Positions 10,257-19,611 of a stretch of DNA of 64,000 nucleotides are shown piece by piece (within the stretch, counting starts at the first letter, position 1; each line of letters opens with the position of its first letter). The notes below the pieces were generated by a model, which saw nothing but the letters and a program-made list of their open reading frames with translations, was not told the DNA's origin and did not search any database. The DNA comes from Candidatus Multivoradales bacterium (lineage in GTDB: Bacteria > Acidobacteriota > Thermoanaerobaculia > Multivoradales > JAHEKO01): assembly GCA_965223855.1 (NCBI GenBank), contig CBDCXM010000009.1, forward strand, positions 2,368,001 through 2,432,000, read 5' to 3'. Both the position numbers and the translations under genes were made by a program.

Positions 10257-11261
10257 ATGGATAGCTCGGCCAGAGTCACGATTTGTGCGTTGGCAGTCTG
10301 CCTCTCGAGCCTCGCAGTGAGCGCCGACATCGTGGAACGGCACCGGATGGACGGGCGAGAGTTCGACCTTCTGCTTCGTAGAAACGGCTCACCCTCGGTC
10401 CTGCTCGTGTCGGGCCTGGGCGAGACGAGCGTGGAGGCCTGGCGCGATGTCCATCGGCGCGTGGGCGAGTTCGCGACGGTCCTTGCCTACGCGCCGAAGG
10501 ATCGAGATTCTGACGCGTCGAATCCAGCACCCCGCGACTCTGTCGAGGTGGCGCGAGAGCTGCGCGGCCTGGCGAGGAGTTTGGAGCTACCGCCTCCCTA
10601 CGTGCTTGTGGGGCACTCCTCGGGCGGCTTTCATGCAAGGGTCTTTTCTGCTCTCTTTCCGGAGGCGGTGAGCGCCATCGTGTTGGTGGATCCCAGCCAT
10701 GAGGACTTCTTCCGGAGTCTCGACGAGCTCGAGCCAGGTGCGTTCGAGGCAGCAATCTCGAGGATGGACGGGCGTCGCCGATACAGATCGCCGCTCGCCC
10801 AGCGCGAGTTCGCGGCTTTCCGTGCCGTCATCGTCGCCGGTGACCTGCCGTCTGGAGATCCCCTGCCCGATGTCCCGGTGATTGTCATCACGTCCGCTCA
10901 GCAAGTCGCTGAGCCCCGGGGACTGGTGGAGTCGCCGGAGGCCACGAATCTTTGGGTCAGGCTGCATCGCCAATGGGCGGCAGGAGTCCCCGGAGCCACC
11001 CACATCGTGACGGAGAACAGCGGTCACTACATTCACGCCGAAGAGCCGCAGCTCGTTGCCCGGTGTGTCGGCTGCGTGGCTCTCGGGTGTTTCGACCTCG
11101 GGCCGGCCTGCGAGCGGCGAGGCGGCCGGGCGGCCGGAGAACTCGAGGCCCGCTCCTGCAGGGAGACGGACGCCGGCCGACTACCGGAGTCTCAAGGGAC
11201 GATCGTCTTGGATCCTTCGGACCTTGGGACGTCGTGCCTCGACTGCTGTCGAGCCCCGTAG
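10257..11261 (+). CDS. Exported alpha/beta hydrolase with atypical Cys-rich tail
   Basis: RBS gagagga; GHSSG; 'SGHYIHAEEP'. Confidence 0.85.
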   Translation: MDSSARVTICALAVCLSSLAVSADIVERHRMDGREFDLLLRRNGSPSVLLVSGLGETSVEAWRDVHRRVGEFATVLAYAPKDRDSDASNPAPRDSVEVARELRGLARSLELPPPYVLVGHSSGGFHARVFSALFPEAVSAIVLVDPSHEDFFRSLDELEPGAFEAAISRMDGRRRYRSPLAQREFAAFRAVIVAGDLPSGDPLPDVPVIVITSAQQVAEPRGLVESPEATNLWVRLHRQWAAGVPGATHIVTENSGHYIHAEEPQLVARCVGCVALGCFDLGPACERRGGRAAGELEARSCRETDAGRLPESQGTIVLDPSDLGTSCLDCCRAP

Positions 11262-11355
11262 ACGTCGGTGGAGTGATCGGCGGTTGGCGCCGGCGGCCTG
11301 CTTCCCGACCCGCAGGTCTGATCGCTCCAGTGGAGACCGTGGCAAGCTCCGGAAT

Positions 11356-11826
11356 GTGAAGCTCCTCCTCAAGAATCTCGCCTTCACGGTGCTCGTGCCG
11401 GGGACTGTGGCGGTGTATCTGCCCCGGCTCCTCATCGCCGAGGGGGCCCAACTGGCGGCACCGCTGCTTGCGGTGCCGGTGTTTGCGATCGGGTTGGCGA
11501 TCTACGTCTGGTGTGTTTGGGACTTCGCGGCCCACGGTCGCGGCACTCCGGCACCGATCGATGCCCCGAAACGGTTGGTCGTCCGGGGGCTCTACGGCTA
11601 CAGCCGTAATCCGATGTACGTGGGAGTGGTCACTGTCATCGTCGGTTGGGCGCTGCTGTATCGATCGCCGGCTGTGGTGGTCTATGCCGCCATCGTCGGC
11701 ACTCTCTTCCATCTGAGGGTCGTGCTCTACGAGGAGCCTCGCCTGCGGGAGCTGTTCGGAGCGGACTACGAGGCCTACTGTCGACGGGTGGGGCGGTGGT
11801 TGCCTCGTTGGCGGCGCGCGAAGTAG
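11356..11826 (+). CDS. Isoprenylcysteine carboxylmethyltransferase/PEMT-family membrane protein
   Basis: 'GRGTPAP', 'LVVRGLYGYSRNPMY', 'EEPRLRELFGADYEAYC'. Confidence 0.9.
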   Translation: MKLLLKNLAFTVLVPGTVAVYLPRLLIAEGAQLAAPLLAVPVFAIGLAIYVWCVWDFAAHGRGTPAPIDAPKRLVVRGLYGYSRNPMYVGVVTVIVGWALLYRSPAVVVYAAIVGTLFHLRVVLYEEPRLRELFGADYEAYCRRVGRWLPRWRRAK

Positions 11827-11881
11827 GGGTCGGCCGAGCGGGACGTGCGGCTCGCCTCGTGGTCCGGACAGGGCCGAGCGA

Positions 11882-12523
11882 TCAGCTTCGCGAGTTCAGG
11901 AGCGCTGCAGCGACGTCTCGAAGACGCTCGAAGTCCCTGACCGAGAACCCGATCACCAGCGCCACCGCCACGTAGGCGAGCCGGCCGTGGAGCAGGGCCC
12001 ATCCCTGGGTCGTGCCGCCGACGGAAAGGACGGCGACGAAGAACTGCAGGACGAAGAAGATGAGCACTCCCAGTACCGCGCTGCTCAGGGGGCGCAGGTA
12101 GAGGGGGATCTCGAGTCGTTCCGGCAGGCCGTCCGGCCGCCTGCCGAGACGCAGGAACTCGATCAGGTTCGACAGCGCGCCTCCGGCGGCACCGGCGACG
12201 AGCATGGTGAGCAGGGTGTTCACGAGCGCGTAGCGCCGCAGCGATTCGTCGAGCTCGGTCAGTGAGCCCTCCGGCGGCAGGTACCAGGCGTAGGAGACGA
12301 GCAGGGCGAGGCCGACCGAGCTCGCCAGGGCCACGGCGGCACTGTAGAGGACGAGCTTGCGACGCCGCGGGTTGGTGAGGATCGGCTCCGGTTCCGGCCC
12401 CGGCGCGGCGACCACCTGGGTCTCGTGCTGCGCCTCGACGGGCTCGTCGTCGACCGCTTCCAAGCGACGTGAGACGACGACCTGAGTCTCCGCGGGATCT
12501 TCCGACCTGGATCTCGAGCTCAT
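11882..12523 (-). CDS. Hypothetical 4-TM membrane protein
   Basis: Hydrophobic helices, 'AGAAGGALSNL', 'YLRPLSSAVLG'; start ATG 12523. Confidence 0.7.
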   Translation of the reverse strand: MSSRSRSEDPAETQVVVSRRLEAVDDEPVEAQHETQVVAAPGPEPEPILTNPRRRKLVLYSAAVALASSVGLALLVSYAWYLPPEGSLTELDESLRRYALVNTLLTMLVAGAAGGALSNLIEFLRLGRRPDGLPERLEIPLYLRPLSSAVLGVLIFFVLQFFVAVLSVGGTTQGWALLHGRLAYVAVALVIGFSVRDFERLRDVAAALLNSRS

Positions 12524-12675
12524 GACAGACCTCTGATTGTGGGATGGGAGAGGCAATGTACCGCCGGAGCGACGGAGAGGTTGTGGCGCAGGGCACAACT
12601 GAGGTCGGGCCGATGGCCGGCGGTTCGGTTGGCACCGGTAAGATCGCCCGGCACCCCGACCAGAGAGGAGGCCCC

Positions 12676-14439
12676 GTGTCCCGACGCACCGTAGCTTTGG
12701 CCTGCATCGCCCTCGCCGCATTTGCGCTCCCCGTTCATTCCTCGGCCGATGCCGAGTGGGAGGCGCTGGTGGCGCGCTATCTCGACGAGATGCCGTCGTT
12801 CTCGCCGGTCGGCGCGACCGGCCTCGGCGACCACCGGTTCGACGGCGAGCTCGACGAAGTGACTGCGGAAGCGCGCGCCGCATGGGCGGCGTTCGCGAGG
12901 GAGCTGCAGGCCGCGATGGAGACGATCGACCCAGGTGAGCTCTCCCGCGCTCATCAGGTGGACTACTCGCTGCTGGCTCACGATCTGGCGTCGGGTCTGT
13001 GGAGTCAGGAGACGGTCCGTGCCTGGGAGTGGAATCCGGTTCGCTACACGCAGCTGGCCGGTGGTGCCGTCTACTCGCTGATGGCACGCGAGTTCGCTCC
13101 GCTGCCGGAGCGGCTCGCGCGGGTCGCCGACCGGCTGGAGAAGCTGCCTCGCCTCTACGAGCAGGTGCGGGCGACTCTGGTACCCGACCGGGTACCGCCG
13201 GTGCATGCCGAGACCGCGGTGCGGCAGAACCGGGGCGTACTGTCGATTCTCGGCAACATGGTGCGGCCGCAGCTCGATCAGCTCGCCGACGACGAGCGAT
13301 CGAGGTTGGAGGCTGCGATGGAAACGGCCACCGCCGCGGTCGAGGGGCACCAGAGCTGGCTCGAGGAGACGTTGCTGCCGGCGGCCGGGGGTGACTTCAG
13401 GGTCGGGCGGGAGATCTACGATCGGCGGCTCGCGTTCTCCCTCAACACCGAGCTCGGCCGGGAGGAGCTCAAGGAGCGGGCCGAGGCGGAGTTTCGTCGC
13501 ATCCGTGCCGAGATGTACGAGGTGGCGAAGGAGATCTACGTGGAGCGCTACCCGCTGGCGAAGCTGCCGGCGGAGCCGGACGAGGCGTTGCAGCAGGTGG
13601 TGATCCGGGCGGCACTAGAAGTCGCCTACGAGGATCTTCCGGCCCGGGACGCGATCGTCGAGACCGCTACGGCGCAGATCGAGCAGGCGACCAGGTTCGT
13701 TCGGGAGAACGACCTGGTGACGGTGCCGGACGACCCGGTCGAGGTGATCCTCATGCCGGAGTTCGCGCGCGGCGTCTCGATCGCCTACTGCGATGCGCCG
13801 GGTCCCCTCGATACCGGTCAGAAGACGTTCTACGCCATCTCGCCGATCCCCGAGGACTGGACCGAGGAGCAGGTGCGCTCGTTCCTCCGCGAGTACAACG
13901 TCTACTCGATGCAGGACCTCACCATCCACGAAGCGATGCCCGGTCACTATCTCCAGCTCGCCCATTCAGGACGGTATCCGTCGACGCTGCGCGCGGTCCT
14001 GCAGTCGGGTACCTTCATCGAGGGTTGGGGGGTCTACGCCGAGCAGTTCATGGTGGAGGAGGGGTACAACGGCGGCGATCCGCGGCAGAAGCTCATCACC
14101 CTCAAGTGGCTGCTCAGGTCGGTGACGAACGCCCTCATGGACCAGGCGATCCACGTCGACGGGATGACCCGCGAAGAGGCGATGGACCTGATGGTCGAGG
14201 GCGGCTTCCAGGAGGAGCGGGAGGCCGCGCTCAAATGGGTGAGGGCTCAGCTGAGCTTCGCGCAGCTTTCGACCTACCTGGTGGGATACCTCGAGCACAT
14301 CGATCTGCGGGCGGAAGTCGAGGAGGCCTGGGGTGAGGAGTTCACCCTGGGCAGGTACCACGACCAGGTGCTCTCCTACGGGTCGCCGCCGGTTCGCTAC
14401 GTGCGGGCGCTCGTGCTGGAGCAGCCGATTCCCGATTGA
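12676..14439 (+). CDS. DUF885-family exported protein (putative metallopeptidase)
   Basis: RBS gaggag + GTG; 'ATGLGDHRFD', HEAMPGH, 'EGWGVYAE'. Confidence 0.92.
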   Translation: MSRRTVALACIALAAFALPVHSSADAEWEALVARYLDEMPSFSPVGATGLGDHRFDGELDEVTAEARAAWAAFARELQAAMETIDPGELSRAHQVDYSLLAHDLASGLWSQETVRAWEWNPVRYTQLAGGAVYSLMAREFAPLPERLARVADRLEKLPRLYEQVRATLVPDRVPPVHAETAVRQNRGVLSILGNMVRPQLDQLADDERSRLEAAMETATAAVEGHQSWLEETLLPAAGGDFRVGREIYDRRLAFSLNTELGREELKERAEAEFRRIRAEMYEVAKEIYVERYPLAKLPAEPDEALQQVVIRAALEVAYEDLPARDAIVETATAQIEQATRFVRENDLVTVPDDPVEVILMPEFARGVSIAYCDAPGPLDTGQKTFYAISPIPEDWTEEQVRSFLREYNVYSMQDLTIHEAMPGHYLQLAHSGRYPSTLRAVLQSGTFIEGWGVYAEQFMVEEGYNGGDPRQKLITLKWLLRSVTNALMDQAIHVDGMTREEAMDLMVEGGFQEEREAALKWVRAQLSFAQLSTYLVGYLEHIDLRAEVEEAWGEEFTLGRYHDQVLSYGSPPVRYVRALVLEQPIPD

Positions 14440-14458
14440 GCGAAGGCGTTCCGGAGAA

Positions 14459-15199
14459 TCAGAGCGAACCCGGCTTGCGAAACACCAGCAGGTGCTGTTG
14501 CGGCAGTTCGGTGCGGTTCTCCACGAACTCCAGCCCGACGGCCTCCATCTCGAGGCGGGCCTGGCGTTCGGTCATCTTGTGGAGCTGCAGGATCGCGACG
14601 TCCGGGTCCTCGGAACGGTACTCGACGAGATAGATCCTCCCGCCCGGTCGTAGCGCCTCGAAGAGCCCCTCCATCATCTCGCGCGGGTGCGAGAACTCGT
14701 GGTACGCATCGACCATTAACGCCGCATCGAGGCTCGCCGGCGGCAGGCCCGGATCCTCGACGGCGCCGAGGACGGTGTCGACGTTGGTCACCCCGAGCCG
14801 GGCGCTCTTGTCCTCGAGGATCGTCAGCATTTCGGGCTGGATATCGACCGCCAGCACCCGCCCTTCGGGTACGAGCGGGCTGAGGCGGAAGGTGAAGTAG
14901 CCGCTGCCGGCACCGATGTCGGCGATCACGTCGTCCGCCTCGACTTCGAGAGCCTCGATCAGGAGGTCGGTCCGTTCCTCCCGCTCCCGCTCCGGGCGCT
15001 CCAGCCAGGCGGCTCCACGGTGACCCATGACGAACGAGATCTCCCGCCCCATGTAGACCTTGCCGATGCCGTCGCGGCTCGGCCGTCTGCTGCCGTAGTG
15101 CGGGGCGGACCCAGCGGCGACGGTAGTTCGGGGTTCCTGTGCCGTGGCGACCGTGGCGAGGCAGATGGCGGCGAGGACGGGGATGGAGTGGCTCCTCAT
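14459..15199 (-). CDS. Class I SAM-dependent methyltransferase with signal peptide
   Basis: 'ADIGAGSGYF', 'VDIQPEML', 'VDAYHEF'. Confidence 0.9.
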   Translation of the reverse strand: MRSHSIPVLAAICLATVATAQEPRTTVAAGSAPHYGSRRPSRDGIGKVYMGREISFVMGHRGAAWLERPEREREERTDLLIEALEVEADDVIADIGAGSGYFTFRLSPLVPEGRVLAVDIQPEMLTILEDKSARLGVTNVDTVLGAVEDPGLPPASLDAALMVDAYHEFSHPREMMEGLFEALRPGGRIYLVEYRSEDPDVAILQLHKMTERQARLEMEAVGLEFVENRTELPQQHLLVFRKPGSL

Positions 15200-15312
15200 G
15201 TCCACCCTTTCGCACGAGGCGGGGTTCCGGTTGTGTCCGTGCGCAGAACGTCCGGTCGAGCGGGAAGGAAGGGGTCGTCAGCGGTCCCGGGACGATCCCG
15301 TAGACTCGAGCC

Positions 15313-15891
15313 ATGAGCAGGAAGGGCGGTTGGCTCGCCGGCCCGCAGGTGCTCGGCGTCGCTGCGATCGTGCTGAGCGTCTGTGGTCTGTTCGTGTCGA
15401 TCTACCAGGCCACCCTCGCCCGCCAGGCGCAACGCGCCTCCGTCTGGCCGCACGTCGTCATCGCCCCGTCGCTGAAGGGAGAGAGCCTGCGGCTGTGGGT
15501 GCAGAACACCGGTGTCGGGCCGGCACGGATCGAGACCGCTGTCGCCCGCGTCGACGGCGAGACGGCCTCCGGCTGGAACGAGGTCGTGAGTCGGCTGGAA
15601 CTCCCGCCCGAGGGCGGCCAGGAGAGCTACCGGTCGCTGGTCGGGGGGCGCGTCCTGCCGGCCGGTTCCGACGTGGAAGGGGTGCTCGAGATCAGCGGCG
15701 CCGCATGGGCCAGCGGCTTCTGGACGGCGATTATGGAAGGGCGAGTGGACATCGAACTTTGCTACTGCTCGGTGTTCGAAGAGTGCTGGCTCACCAGGCT
15801 GCAGACGGTCGCCGGCCGGATGCGTGGCGCGCCGGGCGAGTCGGCCCGTGCGGTGAAGCGTTGCGAGGCCGTCGGGAGCAGCGGTATCTAG
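15313..15891 (+). CDS. Hypothetical membrane-anchored protein
   Basis: N-terminal TM, 'ASVWPH', 'NTGVGPARI', 'CYCSVFEECW'. Confidence 0.75.
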   Translation: MSRKGGWLAGPQVLGVAAIVLSVCGLFVSIYQATLARQAQRASVWPHVVIAPSLKGESLRLWVQNTGVGPARIETAVARVDGETASGWNEVVSRLELPPEGGQESYRSLVGGRVLPAGSDVEGVLEISGAAWASGFWTAIMEGRVDIELCYCSVFEECWLTRLQTVAGRMRGAPGESARAVKRCEAVGSSGI

Positions 15892-15928
15892 CAGTCGCCG
15901 ATTGCGATCTTCGGGAGATCCTCGGAAC

Positions 15929-16393
15929 TCAGCTCCCGTATTCGTGGGAGCGATCTTCACCCAGCAGATACGAGGCGGCGGAGTCGACGAGGAAGCGGTC
16001 GCGCAGAGCGGTACGGCCGAGCAGCATTCGGAACTCCATCGACTCGCGGTTGGTGAGGCTCAGCTCGATCGGCCACTCGAGTTCCCCCAGGCGGACGTTG
16101 GTTCGCACGAAGGGCCGCGTCTCGGGATGCCCACCCGAGTCGCGCACTTCCCGGAAGTCGGTGACCTCCGCTTCGCAGCGGACGAGGATCTCGTCGGAGG
16201 AGCGCAGCGGCCGCAGGTCGAAGCGCACCCAGTCGCTCGAGTTCCGTCCGAAGACTTCGTAGTCGTGGGTGTGGAGCGCGGAGCTTCGAGCTCCCGTGTC
16301 CACCTTGGCCTTGATCGCGGGGACTCCGAACTCGGGGAGAGCAAGCCACTCGCGCCAACCCACGATCCACTTCTTCGGGGCAGGCTCCGGCAT
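15929..16393 (-). CDS. RimK-associated retropepsin-like ('ATP-dependent zinc protease' family) protein
   Basis: 'VGWREW', 'KAKVDTGARSSALH', 'MLLGRTAL'. Confidence 0.9.
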   Translation of the reverse strand: MPEPAPKKWIVGWREWLALPEFGVPAIKAKVDTGARSSALHTHDYEVFGRNSSDWVRFDLRPLRSSDEILVRCEAEVTDFREVRDSGGHPETRPFVRTNVRLGELEWPIELSLTNRESMEFRMLLGRTALRDRFLVDSAASYLLGEDRSHEYGS

Positions 16394-16400
16394 GGGAGGC

Positions 16401-18173
16401 CTAGAAGCTCCAGAATCGGGGGATGAAGATCACCGACATGATCCAGAAGAGGATGCTGAGCGGGATCCCGGTGCGCAGGAAATCGGTGTACTTGTAGCCG
16501 CCGGCGTTGTAGATCATCGTGTTGGTCTGGTAGCCGACCGGGGTGGAAAAGCCGGTCGAGGCGGCGAAGGTGATCGCCATCAGGAACGGTCTCGGATCGA
16601 CGCCGATCTGCTCGGCGGTCGAGATCGCGATCGGTGCCAGCAGGACGGCCGCCGCGTTGTTGCTCATCGTGTCGGTCATGACCGAGGTCATCAGGTAGAC
16701 GACGGCGAGCACCGCGACCGGCCCGAACTCGCCGACCGAGGCGACCGCCTTGCCGGCGATCAGGCCGGCGGCGCCGCTCTTCTGCATGGCGATGCCGAGC
16801 GGCAGGATGCCGCCCAGCAGAAAGATCACCTGCCAGTTGATGGCATGGTAGGCCTCCTCGAGCCGCAGGCAGCGGGTGAGCACGAGTGCCAGGCAGCCGA
16901 GGATGGCGGTGACGAGGATCGGCAGCACCCCGAAGGCGGCGAGACCGACGACGGCGGCGAGGATGCCGAGCACCAGTGGCGCCTTGTGTCGCAGCGCCAC
17001 CCCCGGCACCTCGTCGAGGACGATGAAGTCGGAGTCGTTGCGCAGCTGCCGGATCTGCTCCTCGTGGGCCTGAATCAGGAGCGCGTCGCCGAGGCGGAAG
17101 GAGATCGAGTTGAGCTTTTCCTGGATCGCCTCGCCGCTGCGCTGCACCGCCAGAACGAGCGCCTTGTAGCGGTTGCGGAAGTCGATCTCCTTGAGGGTGT
17201 TGCCGATCAGGTCGGAGCCGGGAGCGACGAGCGCCTGCACGAGCCGCAGGTCCTCGGTCTGAAGGGTCTCGTCGCGGAGCTTGAAATCGGCGTTGAGCTC
17301 GAGCCGGGCCGAGTCCCGCAGTCGCAGCAGTTCTTCGATCTTGCCGCGGACGAGCAGCACGTCGCCGGAGCCGACCGCCTGGCGCAGGGGCGCCCACACG
17401 GCCTCGGTCGTCTGCCGCAGTCGCAGCACGGTGACGTCGTGGTCCTGGCCCAGACGGCTGTCGAGCACCGACTTGCCGATCAGCGGCGAAGTTTCCGACA
17501 CTCGCAGCTCGGTGATGTATTCGCCGAGCTGGAAGGTGACGGCCAGCTCCTGCGCCATCCGCTCGGGCAGCAGCCAGCGGCCGAAGAGGAGGAAGAAGAG
17601 CACCCCGGTGACGAACAGGATCAGCCCCATCCGGCTGAACTCGAACATCGAGAAGGCGCCGTAGCCGGCCTCGTCGGAGATCGAGCTGACCAGCAGGTTG
17701 GTCGAGGTGCCGACGAGGGTGCAGACGCCGCCGAACTGCGAGGCGTACGACAACGGGATCAGCAGCCGCGAGGCGGCGATCTTGCGGCGGTTGGCGACCA
17801 CCATCACCAGCGGGATGAAGACCGCCACCGCCGCGGTGTTGTTGACGAACGCCGAGATCACGGTGATCGTGCCCATGATCACGACCAGGGCGGTGAAGTA
17901 GTTGCGGCCGAACCGCACCATCAGCTGACCGATCGCCGCCGTCGCTCCGGTTTTCTGGAGGCCAGCGCTCAAGACGAACATCGCCGCCACCGTGACCGTC
18001 GCCGGGTTGCTGAAACCGGAGATCCCCTCCTGGGGTGTGACCAGACCGAAGAGCAGCAGCACGCCGAGCACGAGGAGTGCCACGAAGTCGATCGGGTACT
18101 TCTCGGAGATGAAGAGCGCGACCGCTCCGACGAGGATCGTCAGGACCAGGACCGATTCGACTCCCACGGGCAC
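16401..18173 (-). CDS. SLC13/DASS-family permease with TrkA-C domains
   Basis: 'GFSNPA', 'SAFVNNT', 'GTSTNL', two TrkA-C regions, 'TPVGYQTN'. Confidence 0.92.
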   Translation of the reverse strand: MPVGVESVLVLTILVGAVALFISEKYPIDFVALLVLGVLLLFGLVTPQEGISGFSNPATVTVAAMFVLSAGLQKTGATAAIGQLMVRFGRNYFTALVVIMGTITVISAFVNNTAAVAVFIPLVMVVANRRKIAASRLLIPLSYASQFGGVCTLVGTSTNLLVSSISDEAGYGAFSMFEFSRMGLILFVTGVLFFLLFGRWLLPERMAQELAVTFQLGEYITELRVSETSPLIGKSVLDSRLGQDHDVTVLRLRQTTEAVWAPLRQAVGSGDVLLVRGKIEELLRLRDSARLELNADFKLRDETLQTEDLRLVQALVAPGSDLIGNTLKEIDFRNRYKALVLAVQRSGEAIQEKLNSISFRLGDALLIQAHEEQIRQLRNDSDFIVLDEVPGVALRHKAPLVLGILAAVVGLAAFGVLPILVTAILGCLALVLTRCLRLEEAYHAINWQVIFLLGGILPLGIAMQKSGAAGLIAGKAVASVGEFGPVAVLAVVYLMTSVMTDTMSNNAAAVLLAPIAISTAEQIGVDPRPFLMAITFAASTGFSTPVGYQTNTMIYNAGGYKYTDFLRTGIPLSILFWIMSVIFIPRFWSF

Positions 18174-18293
18174 TCCCTCCAGGATCTCGGCGACGACACA
18201 GTCGCCGCAAGTCGCGTATCGACTAGGCGTGCATTCTAGTCGCCGCGGCTTCCGAGCGACGCGGCGAGGAGACTCTCGCGGCGCCTTCGGTCC

Positions 18294-18905
18294 CTAGCAG
18301 TCGCAGTCGTTGCGCTCGAAGTCGCGCGCCCGGCCTTCTGCGTCCACCTCGACGCGGCAGCAGCGCTCGAGGTCCTCGGCCAGCATCCGGCGGGCGCGCT
18401 GGACCCGCGACTTGGCTCCCGAAAGCGACAGACCGAGTTGATCCGCGACCTCTCGTTGGGGGCGGCCTTCGAAATCGGCCATCAGGAGGGCGTCGCGGTA
18501 CTTCTCGGGCAACTCCTCGGCGATCGGGCGCAGCCACGAGACGACCTCCTCGTGCACGCTGTGATCGCCGTCGAAGGTGGCGAAGCCGGGATCGTCGCCG
18601 TGGCCGGGGTCGGCGAGGGTGTCGGGGTCGACCTGGGTACCCACGTCGGTGGGTTTGCGGCTGCGGTAGTAGTCCGCCACCGTGCGGCGGGCGATGCCGA
18701 ACACCCAGGCCTGGGTGCGCTCGAGGTCTCGCAGGGTGGCGAAGCTCTGGTGAATGCGCAGCAGAGCGTCCTGCGCGACGTCGTCGGCATCGGCGGCCGG
18801 CACGCGGCCGGCGATGAAGCGGCGCAGGCCGTCGATGAACGGCTGCCAGCGAGGGGTGCGCGGTGCGCCCCCCGCCGGCAGCGACTCGGGTGCGTGCGGA
18901 GACAT
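18294..18905 (-). CDS. sigZ: ECF sigma factor, SigZ-like
   Basis: 'DADDVAQD', 'AWVFGIARR', 'LPEKYRDAL', 'SLSGAKSRVQRAR', C-terminal CC/CDC. Confidence 0.8.
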   Translation of the reverse strand: MSPHAPESLPAGGAPRTPRWQPFIDGLRRFIAGRVPAADADDVAQDALLRIHQSFATLRDLERTQAWVFGIARRTVADYYRSRKPTDVGTQVDPDTLADPGHGDDPGFATFDGDHSVHEEVVSWLRPIAEELPEKYRDALLMADFEGRPQREVADQLGLSLSGAKSRVQRARRMLAEDLERCCRVEVDAEGRARDFERNDCDC

Positions 18906-18943
18906 CGGGTCGATCCTAGCGACTGAAGGCCTCACCGGCCCGT

Positions 18944-19450
18944 TCAGCTCGCCACGGGGGCGCAGCAGTCGGGCTCGCAGCACGCCGCCCCGGAGTCCTG
19001 TGCCTCGCGGGAGGCGGTCGCCTCGCTTGCCGAGCAGCAATCCGCGCTGCTGGCGTCGCGGTCGCCATGGAAGGTGCCGGCCTCCGCCGTCGTGTGGAAC
19101 GCCTCCCAGCTCACCCCCTGGCCGTCCTCGACCCAGGTCTTGTCCGACTCGTGGTAGCAGCAGGTCACTTCGCCTTCCTCCTCGACCTTGCCGCGGGTCA
19201 CCGCGATGCGCTCGCGCAGCTCGGTCAACTCCGCCGCCGTCTCCGCCTGGATGCCGAGGTGCTCGATCCCGAACTCCCCCTTGCCGCGGGCGCGGCCATC
19301 GACGATCGAGAAGTTGACGCGAGGATCCTCCACCATCCACTTGGCGTAGTCGTCACGCTCGACGCTGGGCTGCTGGGCGAAGAGGGTCGAGTAGAACTGC
19401 TTCGAGGCGTCGAGGTCGTCGACGATCAGGCTGACGTGAAGTCGTTTCAT
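18944..19450 (-). CDS. arsI: ArsI/CadI-family VOC metalloenzyme (C-As lyase-like)
   Basis: 'RLHVSL', 'YAKW..EDPRVNFSI', 'EHLGIQ', 'TCCYHESDKTWVED..WEAF'. Confidence 0.85.
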   Translation of the reverse strand: MKRLHVSLIVDDLDASKQFYSTLFAQQPSVERDDYAKWMVEDPRVNFSIVDGRARGKGEFGIEHLGIQAETAAELTELRERIAVTRGKVEEEGEVTCCYHESDKTWVEDGQGVSWEAFHTTAEAGTFHGDRDASSADCCSASEATASREAQDSGAACCEPDCCAPVAS

Positions 19451-19498
19451 GGTTCGTTCTCCAGGTTCGAGGACGGCGGCATGCCGCTCTCATCCTGG

Positions 19499-19526
19499 TA
19501 GTCGGAGCGCGGGCGAAAAGGACGCA
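19499..19526 (-). promoter_or_regulatory. Candidate ECF (SigZ) promoter for arsI-sigZ
   Basis: Minus strand TGCGTCC-N15-CGACTA about 50 bp upstream of arsI. Confidence 0.4.
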
Positions 19527-19611
19527 AGGACACCGACATCCGGCGTTGTGAGTCCGTTGCCGGTCGGGGCGGCGGCTCGGGAGAGAGCACCCAGGGTGCG
19601 GCCCGGGGCGT

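Noticed and set aside
15889-15960. 'MKIA..'/'KIAI' after the protease as a rimK remnant
   Set aside because: Similarity ends after 4 residues
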